Shown: one piece after another, positions 12,290-27,200 of the stretch
Numbering within the stretch: position 1 is the stretch's first letter
How the letters are laid out: each line of letters starts with the position of its first letter
DNA from: Auanema rhodensis
Taxonomy: Eukaryota > Animalia > Nematoda
Direction of reading: 5' to 3'
Length of the DNA stretch: 64,000 bases
NCBI GenBank assembly: GCA_964057225.1
Contig: OZ059897.1
Coordinates: 19,592,001-19,656,000 of the forward strand
Translations under genes and position numbers: made by a program
The notes under the pieces: generated by a model
The model's input: the letters and a program-made list of their open reading frames with translations, nothing else
The model's database searches: none
What the model was told of the DNA's origin: nothing

Positions 12290-15200
12290 TTTGACAAAAA
12301 TTTTTTCGAAAAATTTCAAAATAATTTAGCAAAAAGTAGATGTTTTTAGATTCCATTTTTCAAGGCAAAGACGATAGACAATGTTATTCAACGAAAAAAT
12401 TAATTCTTCAGGGTGAAAATCGAGGATATAAGTGTGAACTTATATCAGTTGATATCTCGGTGCATTTTTAAGCTAGCGCAAATCTGATAACACAGATCGA
12501 CGCAGCTTAAAAATCCGCATCGAATGCACTATATTACATTGAGAAACACTTGATACAAAAATTAGTTATGATTGTTTGAAAAATGATGCATTAGTGTATG
12601 TTGAGTTTCCATGTACACTCAACATTGCTTCCAAAAACATTTTGACAAAAATTTTTTCGAAAAATTTCAAAATAATTTAGCAAAAAGTAGATGTTTTAAG
12701 ATTCCATTTTTCAAGGCAAAGACGATGGACAATGTTATTCAACGAAAAAATTGATTCTTCAGGGTGAAAATCGAGGATATAAGTGTGAACTTATATCAGT
12801 TGATATCTCGGTGCATTTTTAAGCTAGCGCAAATCTGATAACACAGATCGACGCAGCTTAAAAATCCGCATCGAATGCACTATACTACATTGAGAAAAGC
12901 TTAATACAAAAATTAGTTATGATCGTTTGAAAAATGATGCATTAGTGTATGTTGAGTTTCCATGTACACTCAACATTGCTTCCAAAAACATTTTGACAAA
13001 AATTTTTTCGAAAAATTTCAAAATAATTTAGCAAAAAGTAGATGTTTTAAGATTCCATTTTTCAAGGCAAAGACGATGGACAATGTTATTCAACGAAAAA
13101 ATTAATTCTTCAGGGTGAAAATCGAGGATATAAGTGTGAACTTATATCAGTTGATATCTCGGTGCATTTTTAAGCTAGCGCAAATCTGATAACACAGATC
13201 GACGCAGCTTAAAAATCCGCATCGAATGCACTATACTACATTAAGAAACGCTTGATACAAAAATTAGTTATGATCGTTTGAAAAATGATGCATTAGTGTA
13301 TGTTGAGTTTCCATGTACACTCAACATTGCTTCCAAAAACATTTTGACAAAAATTTTTTCGAAAAATTTCAAAATAATTTAGCAAAAAGTAGATGTTTTA
13401 AGATTCCATTTTTCAAGGCAAAGACGATAGACAATGTTATTCAACGAAAAAATTAATTCTTCAGGGTGAAAATCGAGGATATAAGTGTGAACTTATATCA
13501 GTTGATATCTCGGTGCATTTTTAAGCTAGCGCAAATCTGATAACACAGATCGACGCAGCTTAAAAATCCGCATCGAATGCACTATATTACATTGAGAAAC
13601 ACTTGATACAAAAATTAGTTATGATTGTTTGAAAAATGATGCATTAGTGTATGTTGAGTTTCCATGTACACTCAACATTGCTTCCAAAAACATTTTGACA
13701 AAAATTTTTTCGAAAAATTTCAAAATAATTTAGCAAAAAGTAGATGTTTTTAGATTCCATTTTTCAAGGCAAAGACGATAGACAATGTTATTCAACGAAA
13801 AAATTAATTCTTCAGGGTGAAAATCGAGGATATAAGTGTGAACTTATATCAGTTGATATCTCGGTGCATTTTTAAGCTAGCGCAAATCTGATAACACAGA
13901 TCGACGCAGCTTAAAAATCCGCATCGAATGCACTATATTACATTGAGAAACACTTGATACAAAAATTAGTTATGATTGTTTGAAAAATGATGCATTAGTG
14001 TATGTTGAGTTTCCATGTACACTCAACATTGCTTCCAAAAACATTTTGACAAAAATTTTTTCGAAAAATTTCAAAATAATTTAGCAAAAAGTAGATGTTT
14101 TAAGATTCCATTTTTCAAGGCAAAGACGATGGACAATGTTATTCAACGAAAAAATTAATTCTTCAGGGTGAAAATCGAGGATATAAGTGTGAACTTATAT
14201 CAGTTGATATCTCGGTGCATTTTTAAGCTAGCGCAAATCTGATAACACAGATCGACGCAGCTTAAAAATCCGCATCGAATGCACTATACTACATTAAGAA
14301 ACGCTTGATACAAAAATTAGTTATGATCGTTTGAAAAATGATGCATTAGTGTATGTTGAGTTTCCATGTACACTCAACATTGCTTCCAAAAACATTTTGA
14401 CAAAAATTTTTTCGAAAAATTTCAAAATAATTTAGCAAAAAGTAGATGTTTTTAGATTCCATTTTTCAAGGCAAAGACGATAGACAATGTTATTCAACGA
14501 AAAAATTAATTCTTCAGGGTGAAAATCGAGGATATAAGTGTGAACTTATATCAGTTGATATCTCGGTGCATTTTTAAGCTAGCGCAAATCTGATAACACA
14601 GATCGACGCAGCTTAAAAATCCGCATCGAATGCACTATATTACATTGAGAAACGCTTAATACAAAAATTAGTTATGATTGTTTGAAAAATGATGCATTAG
14701 TGTATGTTGAGTTTCCATGTACACTCAACATTGCTTCCAAAAACATTTTGACAAAAATTTTTTCGAAAAATTTCAAAATAATTTAGCAAAAAGTAGATGT
14801 TTTTAGATTCCATTTTTCAAGGCAAAGACGATAGACAATGTTATTCAACGAAAAAATTAATTCTTCAGGGTGAAAATCGAGGATATAAGTGTGAACTTAT
14901 ATCAGTTGATATCTCGGTGCATTTTTAAGCTAGCGCAAATCTGATAACACAGATCGACGCAGCTTAAAAATCCGCATCGAATGCACTATATTACATTGAG
15001 AAACACTTGATACAAAAATTAGTTATGATTGTTTGAAAAATGATGCATTAGTGTATGTTGAGTTTCCATGTACACTCAACATTGCTTCCAAAAACATTTT
15101 GACAAAAATTTTTTCGAAAAATTTCAAAATAATTTAGCAAAAAGTAGATGTTTTAAGATTCCATTTTTCAAGGCAAAGACGATGGACAATGTTATTCAAC

Positions 15201-18200
15201 GAAAAAATTAATTCTTCAGGGTGAAAATCGAGGATATAAGTGTGAACTTATATCAGTTGATATCTCGGTGCATTTTTAAGCTAGCGCAAATCTGATAACA
15301 CAGATCGACGCAGCTTAAAAATCCGCATCGAATGCACTATACTACATTGAGAAACGCTTAATACAAAAATTAGTTATGATCGTTTGAAAAATGATGCATT
15401 AGTGTATGTTGAGTTTCCATGTACACTCAACATTGCTTCCAAAAACATTTTGACAAAAATTTTTTCGAAAAATTTCAAAATAATTTAGCAAAAAGTAGAT
15501 GTTTTTAGATTCCATTTTTCAAGGCAAAGACGATAGACAATGTTATTCAACGAAAAAATTAATTCTTCAGGGTGAAAATCGAGGATATAAGTGTGAACTT
15601 ATATCAGTTGATATCTCGGTGCATTTTTAAGCTAGCGCAAATCTGATAACACAGATCGACGCAGCTTAAAAATCCGCATCGAATGCACTATACTACATTG
15701 AGAAACGCTTAATACAAAAATTAGTTATGATCGTTTGAAAAATGATGCATTAGTGTATGTTGAGTTTCCATGTACACTCAACATTGCTTCCAAAAACATT
15801 TTGACAAAAATTTTTTCGAAAAATTTCAAAATAATTTACCAAAAAGTAGATGTTTTTAGATTCCATTTTTCAAGGCAAAGACGATAGACAATGTTATTCA
15901 ACGAAAAAGTTAATTCTTCAGGGTGAAAATCGAGGATATAAGTGTGAACTTATATCAGTTGATATCTCGGTGCATTTTTAAGCTAGCGCAAATCTGATAA
16001 CACAGATCTACGCAGCTTAAAAATCCGCATCGAATGCACTATATTACATTGAGAAACACTTGATACAAAAATTAGTTGTGATCGTTTGAAAAATGATGCA
16101 TTAGTGTATGTTGAGTTTCCATGTACACTCAACATTGCTTCCAAAAACATTTTGACAAAAATTTTTTCGAAAAATTTCAAAATAATTTAGCAAAAAGTAA
16201 ATGTTTTAAGATTCCATTTTTCAAGGCAAAGACGATGGACAATGTTATTCAACGAAAAAATTAATTCTTCACGGTGAAAATCGAGGATATAAGTGTGAAC
16301 TTATATCAGTTGATATCTCGGTGCATTTTTAAGCTAGCGCAAATCTGATAACACAGATCGACGCAGCTTAAAAATCCGCATCGAATGCACTATACTACAT
16401 TAAGAAACGCTTGATACAAAAATTAGTTATGATCGTTTGAAAAATGATGCATTAGTGTATGTTGAGTTTCCATGTACACTCAACATTGCTTCCAAAAACA
16501 TTTTGACAAAAATTTTTTCGAAAAATTTCAAAATTATTTAGCAAAAAGTAGATGTTTTTAGATTCCATTTTTCAAGGCAAAGACGATAGACAATGTTATT
16601 CAACGGAAAAGTTAATTCTTCAGGGTGAAAATCGAGGATATAAGTGTGAACTTATATCAGTTGATATCTCGGTGCATTTTTAAGCTAGCGCAAATCTGAT
16701 AACACAGATCTACGCAGCTTAAAAATCCGCATCGAATGCACTATATTACATTGAGAAACACTTAATACAAAAATTAGTTATGATCGTTTGAAAAATGATG
16801 CATTAGTGTATGTTGAGTTTCCATGTACACTCAACATTGCTTCCAAAAACATTTTGATAAAAATTTTTTCGAAAAATTTCAAAATTATTTAGCAAAAAGT
16901 AGATGTTTTTAGATTCCATTTTTTAAGGCAAAGACGATGGACAATGTTATTCAACGAAAAAATTAATTCTTCAGGGTGAAAATCGAGGATATAAGTGTGA
17001 ACTTATATCAGTTGATATCTCGGTGCATTTTTAAGCTAGCGCAAATCTGATAACACAGATCGACGCAGCTTAAAAATCCGGATCGAATGCATTATACTAC
17101 ATTAAGAAACGCTTGATACAAAAATTAGTTATGATCGTTTGAAAAATGATGCATTAGTGTATGTTGAGTTTCCATGTACACTCAACATTGCTTCCAAAAA
17201 CATTTTGACAAAAATTTTTTCGAAAAATTTCAAAATTATTTAGCAAAAAGTAGATGTTTTTAGATTCCATTTTTCAAGGCAAAGACGATAGACAATGTTA
17301 TTCAACGGAAAAGTTAATTCTTCAGGGTGAAAATCGAGGATATAAGTGTGAACTTATATCAGTTGATATCTCGGTGCATTTTTAAGCTAGCGCAAATCTG
17401 AAAACACAGATCGACGCAGCTTAAAAATTTGGATCGAATGCACTATACTACATTAAGAAACGCTTGATACAAAAATTAGTTATGATCGTTTGAAAAATGA
17501 TGCATTAGTGTATGTTGAGTTTCCATGTACACTCAACATTGCTTCCAAAAACATTTTGACAAAAATTTTTTCGAAAAATTTCAAAATAATTTAGCAAAAA
17601 GTAAATGTTTTAAGATTCCATTTTTCAAGGCAAAGACGATGGACAATGTTATTCAACGAAAAAATTAATTCTTCAGGGTGAAAATCGAGGATATAAGTGT
17701 GAACTTATATCAGTTGATATCTCGGTGCATTTTTAAGCTAGCGCAAATCTGATAACACAGATCGACGCAGCTTAAAAATCCGCATCGAATGCACTATACT
17801 ACATTGAGAAAAGCTTAATACAAAAATTAGTTATGATCGTTTGAAAAATGATGCATTAGTGTATGTTGAGTTTCCATGTACACTCAACATTGCTTCCAAA
17901 AACATTTTGACAAAAATTTTTTCGAAAAATTTCAAAATAATTTAGCAAAAAGTAAATGTTTTAAGATTCCATTTTTCAAGGCAAAGACGATGGACAATGT
18001 TATTCAACGAAAAAATTAATTCTTCAGGGTGAAAATCGAGGATATAAGTGTGAACTTATATCAGTTGATATCTCGGTGCATTTTTAAGCTAGCGCAAATC
18101 TGATAACACAGATCGACGCAGCTTAAAAATCCGCATCGAATGCACTATACTACATTGAGAAAAGCTTAATACAAAAATTAGTTATGATCGTTTGAAAAAT

Positions 18201-21200
18201 GATGCATTAGTGTATGTTGAGTTTCCATGTACACTCAACATTGCTTTCAAAAACATTTTGACAAAAATTTTTTCGAAAAATTTCAAAATAATTTAGCAAA
18301 AAGTAAATGTTTTAAGATTCCATTTTTCAAGGCAAAGACGATGGACAATGTTATTCAACGAAAAAATTAATTCTTCAGGGTGAAAATCGAGGATATAAGT
18401 GTGAACTTATATCAGTTGATATCTCGGTGCATTTTTAAGCTAGCGCAAATCTGATAACACAGATCGACGCAGCTTAAAAATCCGCATCGAATGCACTATA
18501 CTACATTGAGAAACGCTTAATACAAAAATTAGTTATGATCGTTTGAAAAATGATGCATTAGTGTATGTTGAGTTTCCATGTACACTCAACATTGCTTCCA
18601 AAAACATTTTGACAAAAATTTTTTCGAAAAATTTCAAAATTATTTAGCAAAAAGTAGATGTTTTTAGATTCCATTTTTCAAGGCAAAGACGATAGACAAT
18701 GTTATTCAACGGAAAAGTTAATTCTTCAGGGTGAAAATCGAGGATATAAGTGTGAACTTATATCAGTTGATATCTCGGTGCATTTTTAAGCTAGCGCAAA
18801 TCTGATAACACAGATCGACGCAGCTTAAAAATCCGCATCGAATGCACTATACTACATTGAGAAACGCTTAATACAAAAATTAGTTATGATCGTTTGAAAA
18901 ATGATGCATTAGTGTATGTTGAGTTTCCATGTACACTCAACATTGCTTCCAAAAACATTTTGACAAAAATTTTTTCGAAAAATTTCAAAATAATTTAGCA
19001 AAAAGTAGATGTTTTTAGATTCCTTTTTTCAAGGCAAAGACGATGGACAATGTTATTCAACGAAAAAATTATTTCTTCAGGGTGAAAATCGAGGATATAA
19101 GTGTGAACTTATATCAGTTGATATCTCGGTGCATTTTTAAGCTAGCGCAAATCTGATAACACAGATCGACGCAGCTTAAGAATCCGCATCGAATGCACTA
19201 TACTACATTGAGAAACGCTTAATACAAAAATTAGTTATGATCGTTTGAAAAATGATGCATTAGTGTATGTTGAGTTTCCATGTACACTCAACATTGCTTC
19301 CAAAAACATTTTGACAAGAATTTTTTCGAAAAATTTCAAAATAATTTAGCAAAAAGTAGATGTTTTTAGATTCCTTTTTTCAAGGCAAAGACGATGGACA
19401 ATGTTATTCAACGAAAAAATTATTTCTTCAGGGTGAAAATCGAGGATATAAGTGTGAACTTATATCAGTTGATATCTCGGTGCATTTTTAAGCTAGCGCA
19501 AATCTGATAACACAGATCGACGCAGCTTAAAAATCCGGATCGAATGCACTATACTACATTAAGAAACGCTTGATACAAAAATTAGTTATGATCGTTTGAA
19601 AAATGATGCATTAGTGTATGTTGAGTTTCCATGTACACTCAACATTGCTTCCAAAAACATTTTGACAAAAATTTTTTCGAAAAATTTCAAAATAATTTAG
19701 CAAAAAGTAGATGTTTTTAGATTCCATTTTTCAAGGCAAAGACGATAGACAATGTTATTCAACGGAAAAGTTAATTCTTCAGGGTGAAAATCGAGGATAT
19801 AAGTGTGAACTTATATCAGTTGATATCTCGGTGCATTTTTAAGCTAGCGCAAATCTGATAACACAGATCGACGCAGCTTAAAAATCCGCATCGAATGCAC
19901 TATACTACATTGAAAAACGCTTGATACAAAAATTAGTTATGATCGTTTGAAAAATGATGCATTAGTGTATGTTGAGTTTCCATGTACACTCAATATTGCT
20001 TCCAAAAACATTTTGACAAAAATTTTTTCGAAAAATTTCAAAATAATTTAGCAAAAAGTAGATGTTTTTAGATTCCATTTTTCAAGGCAAAGACGATAGA
20101 CAATGTTATTCAACGGAAAAGTTAATTCTTCAGGGTGAAAATCGAGGATATAAGTGTGAACTTATATCAGTTGATATCTCGGTGCATTTTTAAGCTAGCG
20201 CAAATCTGATAACACAGATCGACGCAGCTTAAAAATCCGCATCGAATGCACTATACTACATTGAAAAACGCTTGATACAAAAATTAGTTATGATCGTTTG
20301 AAAAATGATGCATTAGTGTATGTTGAGTTTCCATGTACACTCAATATTGCTTCCAAAAACATTTTGACAAAAATTTTTTCGAAAAATTTCAAAATAATTT
20401 AGCAAAAAGTAGATGTTTTTAGATTCCTTTTTTCAAGGCAAAGACGATGGACAATGTTATTCAACGAAAAAATTATTTCTTCAGGGTGAAAATCGAGGAT
20501 ATAAGTGCGAACTTATATCAGTTGATATCTCGGTGCATTTTTAAGCTAGCGCAAATCTGATAACACAGATCGACGCAGCTTAAAAATCCGCATCGAATGC
20601 ACTATACTACATTGAGAAACGCTTAATACAAAAATTAGTTATGATCGTTTGAAAAATGATGCATTAGTGTATGTTGAGTTTCCATGTACACTCAACATTG
20701 CTTCCAAAAACATTTTGACAAAAATTTTTTCGAAAAATTTCAAAATAATTTAGCAAAAAGTAGATGTTTTTAGATTCCATTTTTCAAGGCAAAGACGATA
20801 GACAATGTTATTCAACGGAAAAGTTAATTCTTCAGGGTGAAAATCGAGGATATAAGTGTGAACTTATATCAGTTGATATCTCGGTGCATTTTTAAGCTAG
20901 CGCAAATCTGATAACACAGATCGACGCAGCTTAAAAATCCGCATCGAATGCACTATACTACATTGAAAAACGCTTGATACAAAAATTAGTTATGATCGTT
21001 TGAAAAATGATGCATTAGTGTATGTTGAGTTTCCATGTACACTCAATATTGCTTCCAAAAACATTTTGACAAAAATTTTTTCGAAAAATTTCAAAATAAT
21101 TTAGCAAAAAGTAGATGTTTTTAGATTCCTTTTTTCAAGGCAAAGACGATGGACAATGTTATTCAACGAAAAAATTCATTCTTCAGGGTGAAAATCGAGG

Positions 21201-24200
21201 ATATAAGTGCGAACTTATATCAGTTGATATCTCGGTGCATTTTTAAGCTAGCGCAAATCTGATAACACAGATCGACGCAGCTTAAAAATCCGCATCGAAT
21301 GCACTATACTACATTGAGAAACGCTTAATACAAAAATTAGTTATGATCGTTTGAAAAATGATGCATTAGTGTATGTTGAGTTTCCATGTACACTCAACAT
21401 TGCTTCCAAAAACATTTTGACAAAAATTTTTTCGAAAAATTTCAAAATAATTTAGCAAAAAGTAGATGTTTTTAGATTCCTTTTTTCAAGGCAAAGACGA
21501 TGGACAATGTTATTCAACGAAAAAATTATTTCTTCAGGGTGAAAATCGAGGATATAAGTGTGAACTTATATCAGTTGATATCTCGGTGCATTTTTAAGCT
21601 AGCGCAAATCTGATAACACAGATCGACGCAGCTTAAAAATCCGCATCGAATGCACTATACTACATTGAAAAACGCTTAATACAAAAATTAGTTATGATCG
21701 TTTGAAAAATGATGCATTAGTGTATGTTGAGTTTCCATGTACACTCAACATTGCTTCCAAAAACATTTTGACAAAAATTTTTTCGAAAAATTTCAAAATA
21801 ATTTAGCAAAAAGTAGATGTTTTTAGATTCGATTTTTCAAGGCAAAGACGATGGACAATGTTATTCAACGAAAAAATTAATTCTTCAGGGTGAAAATCGA
21901 GGATATAAGTGTGAACTTATATCAGTTGATATCTCGGTGCATTTTTAAGCTAGCGCAAATCTGATAACACAGATCGACGCAGCTTAAAAATCCGCATCGA
22001 ATGCACTATACTACATTGAAAAACGCTTGATACAAAAATTAGTTATGATCGTTTGAAAAATGATGCATTAGTGTATGTTGAGTTTCCATGTACACTCAAT
22101 ATTGCTTCCAAAAACATTTTGACAAAAATTTTTTCGAAAAATTTCAAAATAATTTAGCAAAAAGTAGATGTTTTTAGATTCCTTTTTTCAAGGCAAAGAC
22201 GATGGACAATGTTATTCAACGAAAAAATTATTTCTTCAGGGTGAAAATCGAGGATATAAGAGTGAACTTATATCAGTTGATATCTCGGTGCATTTTTAAG
22301 CTAGCGCAAATCTGATAACACAGATCGACGCAGCTTAAAAATCCGCATCGAATGCACTATACTACATTGAGAAACGCTTAATACAAAAATTAGTTATGAT
22401 CGTTTGAAAAATGATGCATTAGTGTATGTTGAGTTTCCATGTACACTCAACATTGCTTCCAAAAACATTTTGACAAAAATTTTTTCGAAAAATTTCAAAA
22501 TAATTTAGCAAAAAGTAGATGTTTTTAGATTCCTTTTTTCAAGGCAAAGACGATGGACAATGTTATTCAACGAAAAAATTATTTCTTCAGGGTGAAAATC
22601 GAGGATATAAGTGTGAACTTATATCAGTTGATATCTCGGTGCATTTTTAAGCTAGCGCAAATCTGATAACACAGATCGACGCAGCTTAAAAATCCGGATC
22701 GAATGCACTATACTACATTAAGAAACGCTTGATACAAAAATTAGTTATGATCGTTTGAAAAATGATGCATTAGTGTATGTTGAGTTTCCATGTACACTCA
22801 ACATTGCTTCCAAAAACATTTTGACAAAAATTTTTTCGAAAAATTTCAAAATAATTTAGCAAAAAGTAGATGTTTTTAGATTCCATTTTTCAAGGCAAAG
22901 ACGATAGACAATGTTATTCAACGGAAAAGTTAATTCTTCAGGGTGAAAATCGAGGATATAAGTGTGAACTTATATCAGTTGATATCTCGGTGCATTTTTA
23001 AGCTAGCGCAAATCTGATAACACAGATCGACGCAGCTTAAAAATCCGCATCGAATGCACTATACTACATTGAAAAACGCTTGATACAAAAATTAGTTATG
23101 ATCGTTTGAAAAATGATGCATTAGTGTATGTTGAGTTTCCATGTACACTCAATATTGCTTCCAAAAACATTTTGACAAAAATTTTTTCGAAAAATTTCAA
23201 AATAATTTAGCAAAAAGTAGATGTTTTTAGATTCCTTTTTTCAAGGCAAAGACGATGGACAATGTTATTCAACGAAAAAATTATTTCTTCAGGGTGAAAA
23301 TCGAGGATATAAGTGCGAACTTATATCAGTTGATATCTCGGTGCATTTTTAAGCTAGCGCAAATCTGATAACACAGATCGACGCAGCTTAAAAATCCGCA
23401 TCGAATGCACTATACTACATTGAGAAACGCTTAATACAAAAATTAGTTATGATCGTTTGAAAAATGATGCATTAGTGTATGTTGAGTTTCCATGTACACT
23501 CAACATTGCTTCCAAAAACATTTTGACAAAAATTTTTTCGAAAAATTTCAAAATAATTTAGCAAAAAGTAGATGTTTTTAGATTCCTTTTTTCAAGGCAA
23601 AGACGATGGACAATGTTATTCAACGAAAAAATTATTTCTTCAGGGTGAAAATCGAGGATATAAGTGTGAACTTATATCAGTTGATATCTCGGTGCATTTT
23701 TAAGCTAGCGCAAATCTGATAACACAGATCGACGCAGCTTAAAAATCCGCATCGAATGCACTATACTACATTGAAAAACGCTTAATACAAAAATTAGTTA
23801 TGATCGTTTGAAAAATGATGCATTAGTGTATGTTGAGTTTCCATGTACACTCAACATTGCTTCCAAAAACATTTTGACAAAAATTTTTTCGAAAAATTTC
23901 AAAATAATTTAGCAAAAAGTAGATGTTTTTAGATTTGATTTTTCAAGGCAAAGACGATGGACAATGTTATTCAACGAAAAAATTAATTCTTCAGGGTGAA
24001 AATCGAGGATATAAGTGTGAACTTATATCAGTTGATATCTCGGTGCATTTTTAAGCTAGCGCAAATCTGATAACACAGATCGACGCAGCTTAAAAATCCG
24101 CATCGAATGCACTATACTACATTGAGAAACGCTTAATACAAAAATTAGTTATGATCGTTTGAAAAATGATGCATTAGTGTATGTTGAGTTTCCATGTACA

Positions 24201-27200
24201 CTCAACATTGCTTCCAAAAACATTTTGACAAAAATTTTTTCGAAAAATTTCAAAATAATTTACCAAAAAGTAGATGTTTTTAGATTCCATTTTTCAAGGC
24301 AAAGACGATAGACAATGTTATTCAACGAAAAAGTTAATTCTTCAGGGTGAAAATCGAGGATATAAGTGTGAACTTATATCAGTTGATATCTCGGTGCATT
24401 TTTAAGCTAGCGCAAATCTGATAACACAGATCTACGCAGCTTAAAAATCCGCATCGAATGCACTATATTACATTGAGAAACACTTGATACAAAAATTAGT
24501 TATGATCGTTTGAAAAATGATGCATTAGTGTATGTTGAGTTTCCATGTACACTCAACATTGCTTCCAAAAACATTTTGACAAAAATTTTTTCGAAAAATT
24601 TCAAAATAATTTAGCAAAAAGTAAATGTTTTAAGATTCCATTTTTCAAGGCAAAGACGATGGACAATGTTATTCAACGAAAAAATTAATTCTTCAGGGTG
24701 AAAATCGAGGATATAAGTGTGAACTTATATCAGTTGATATCTCGGTGCATTTTTAAGCTAGCGCAAATCTGATAACACAGATCGACGCAGCTTAAAAATC
24801 CGCATCGAATGCACTATACTACATTGAAAAACGCTTGATACAAAAATTAGTTATGATCGTTTGAAAAATGATGCATTAGTGTATGTTGAGTTTCCATGTA
24901 CACTCAACATTGCTTCCAAAAACATTTTGACAAAAATTTTTTCGAAAAATTTCAAAATAATTTAGCAAAAAGTAGATGTTTTTAGATTCCTTTTTTCAAG
25001 GCAAAGACGATGGACAATGTTATTCAACGAAAAAATTATTTCTTCAGGGTGAAAATCGAGGATATAAGAGTGAACTTATATCAGTTGATATCTCGGTGCA
25101 TTTTTAAGCTAGCGCAAATCTGATAACACAGATCGACGCAGCTTAAAAATCCGCATCGAATGCACTATACTACATTGAGAAACGCTTAATACAAAAATTA
25201 GTTATGATCGTTTGAAAAATGATGCATTAGTGTATGTTGAGTTTCCATGTACACTCAACATTGCTTCCAAAAACATTTTGACAAAAATTTTTTCGAAAAA
25301 TTTCAAAATAATTTAGCAAAAAGTAGATGTTTTTAGATTCCTTTTTTCAAGGCAAAGACGATGGACAATGTTATTCAACGAAAAAATTATTTCTTCAGGG
25401 TGAAAATCGAGGATAAAAGTGTGAACTTATATCAGTTGATATCTCGGTGCATTTTTAAGCTAGCGCAAATCTGATAACACAGATCGACGCAGCTTAAAAA
25501 TCCGCATCGAATGCACTATATTACATTGAGAAACACTTGATACAAAAATTAGTTATGATCGTTTGAAAAATGATGCATTAGTGTATGTTGAGTTTCCATG
25601 TACACTCAACATTGCTTCCAAAAACATTTTGACAAAAATTTTTTCGAAAAATTTCAAAATAATTTAGCAAAAAGTAAATGTTTTAAGATTCCATTTTTCA
25701 AGGCAAAGACGATGGACAATGTTATTCAACGAAAAAATTAATTCTTCAGGGTGAAAATCGAGGATATAAGTGTGAACTTATATCAGTTGATATCTCGGTG
25801 CATTTTTAAGCTAGCGCAAATCTGATAACACAGATCGACGCAGCTTAAGAATCCGCATCGAATGCACTATACTACATTGAGAAACGCTTAATACAAAAAT
25901 TAGTTATGATCGTTTGAAAAATGATGCATTAGTGTATGTTGAGTTTCCATGTACACTCAACATTGCTTCCAAAAACATTTTGACAAGAATTTTTTCGAAA
26001 AATTTCAAAATAATTTAGCAAAAAGTAGATGTTTTTAGATTCCTTTTTTCAAGGCAAAGACGATGGACAATGTTATTCAACGAAAAAATTATTTCTTCAG
26101 GGTGAAAATCGAGGATATAAGTGTGAACTTATATCAGTTGATATCTCGGTGCATTTTTAAGCTAGCGCAAATCTGATAACACAGATCGACGCAGCTTAAA
26201 AATCCGGATCGAATGCACTATACTACATTAAGAAACGCTTGATACAAAAATTAGTTATGATCGTTTGAAAAATGATGCATTAGTGTATGTTGAGTTTCCA
26301 TGTACACTCAACATTGCTTCCAAAAACATTTTGACAAAAATTTTTTCGAAAAATTTCAAAATAATTTAGCAAAAAGTAGATGTTTTTAGATTCCATTTTT
26401 CAAGGCAAAGACGATAGACAATGTTATTCAACGGAAAAGTTAATTCTTCAGGGTGAAAATCGAGGATATAAGTGTGAACTTATATCAGTTGATATCTCGG
26501 TGCATTTTTAAGCTAGCGCAAATCTGATAACACAGATCGACGCAGCTTAAAAATCCGCATCGAATGCACTATACTACATTGAAAAACGCTTGATACAAAA
26601 ATTAGTTATGATCGTTTGAAAAATGATGCATTAGTGTATGTTGAGTTTCCATGTACACTCAATATTGCTTCCAAAAACATTTTGACAAAAATTTTTTCGA
26701 AAAATTTCAAAATAATTTAGCAAAAAGTAGATGTTTTTAGATTCCTTTTTTCAAGGCAAAGACGATGGACAATGTTATTCAACGAAAAAATTATTTCTTC
26801 AGGGTGAAAATCGAGGATATAAGTGCGAACTTATATCAGTTGATATCTCGGTGCATTTTTAAGCTAGCGCAAATCTGATAACACAGATCGACGCAGCTTA
26901 AAAATCCGCATCGAATGCACTATACTACATTGAGAAACGCTTAATACAAAAATTAGTTATGATCGTTTGAAAAATGATGCATTAGTGTATGTTGAGTTTC
27001 CATGTACACTCAACATTGCTTCCAAAAACATTTTGACAAAAATTTTTTCGAAAAATTTCAAAATAATTTAGCAAAAAGTAGATGTTTTTAGATTCCTTTT
27101 TTCAAGGCAAAGACGATGGACAATGTTATTCAACGAAAAAATTATTTCTTCAGGGTGAAAATCGAGGATATAAGTGTGAACTTATATCAGTTGATATCTC

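Noticed and set aside
15983-16180. 65-aa minus-strand ORF from the ORF track
   Set aside because: Lies wholly in satellite sequence. It exists only because a private A>G at 16078 turns the TAA present in the other monomers into CAA. No recognisable protein features.
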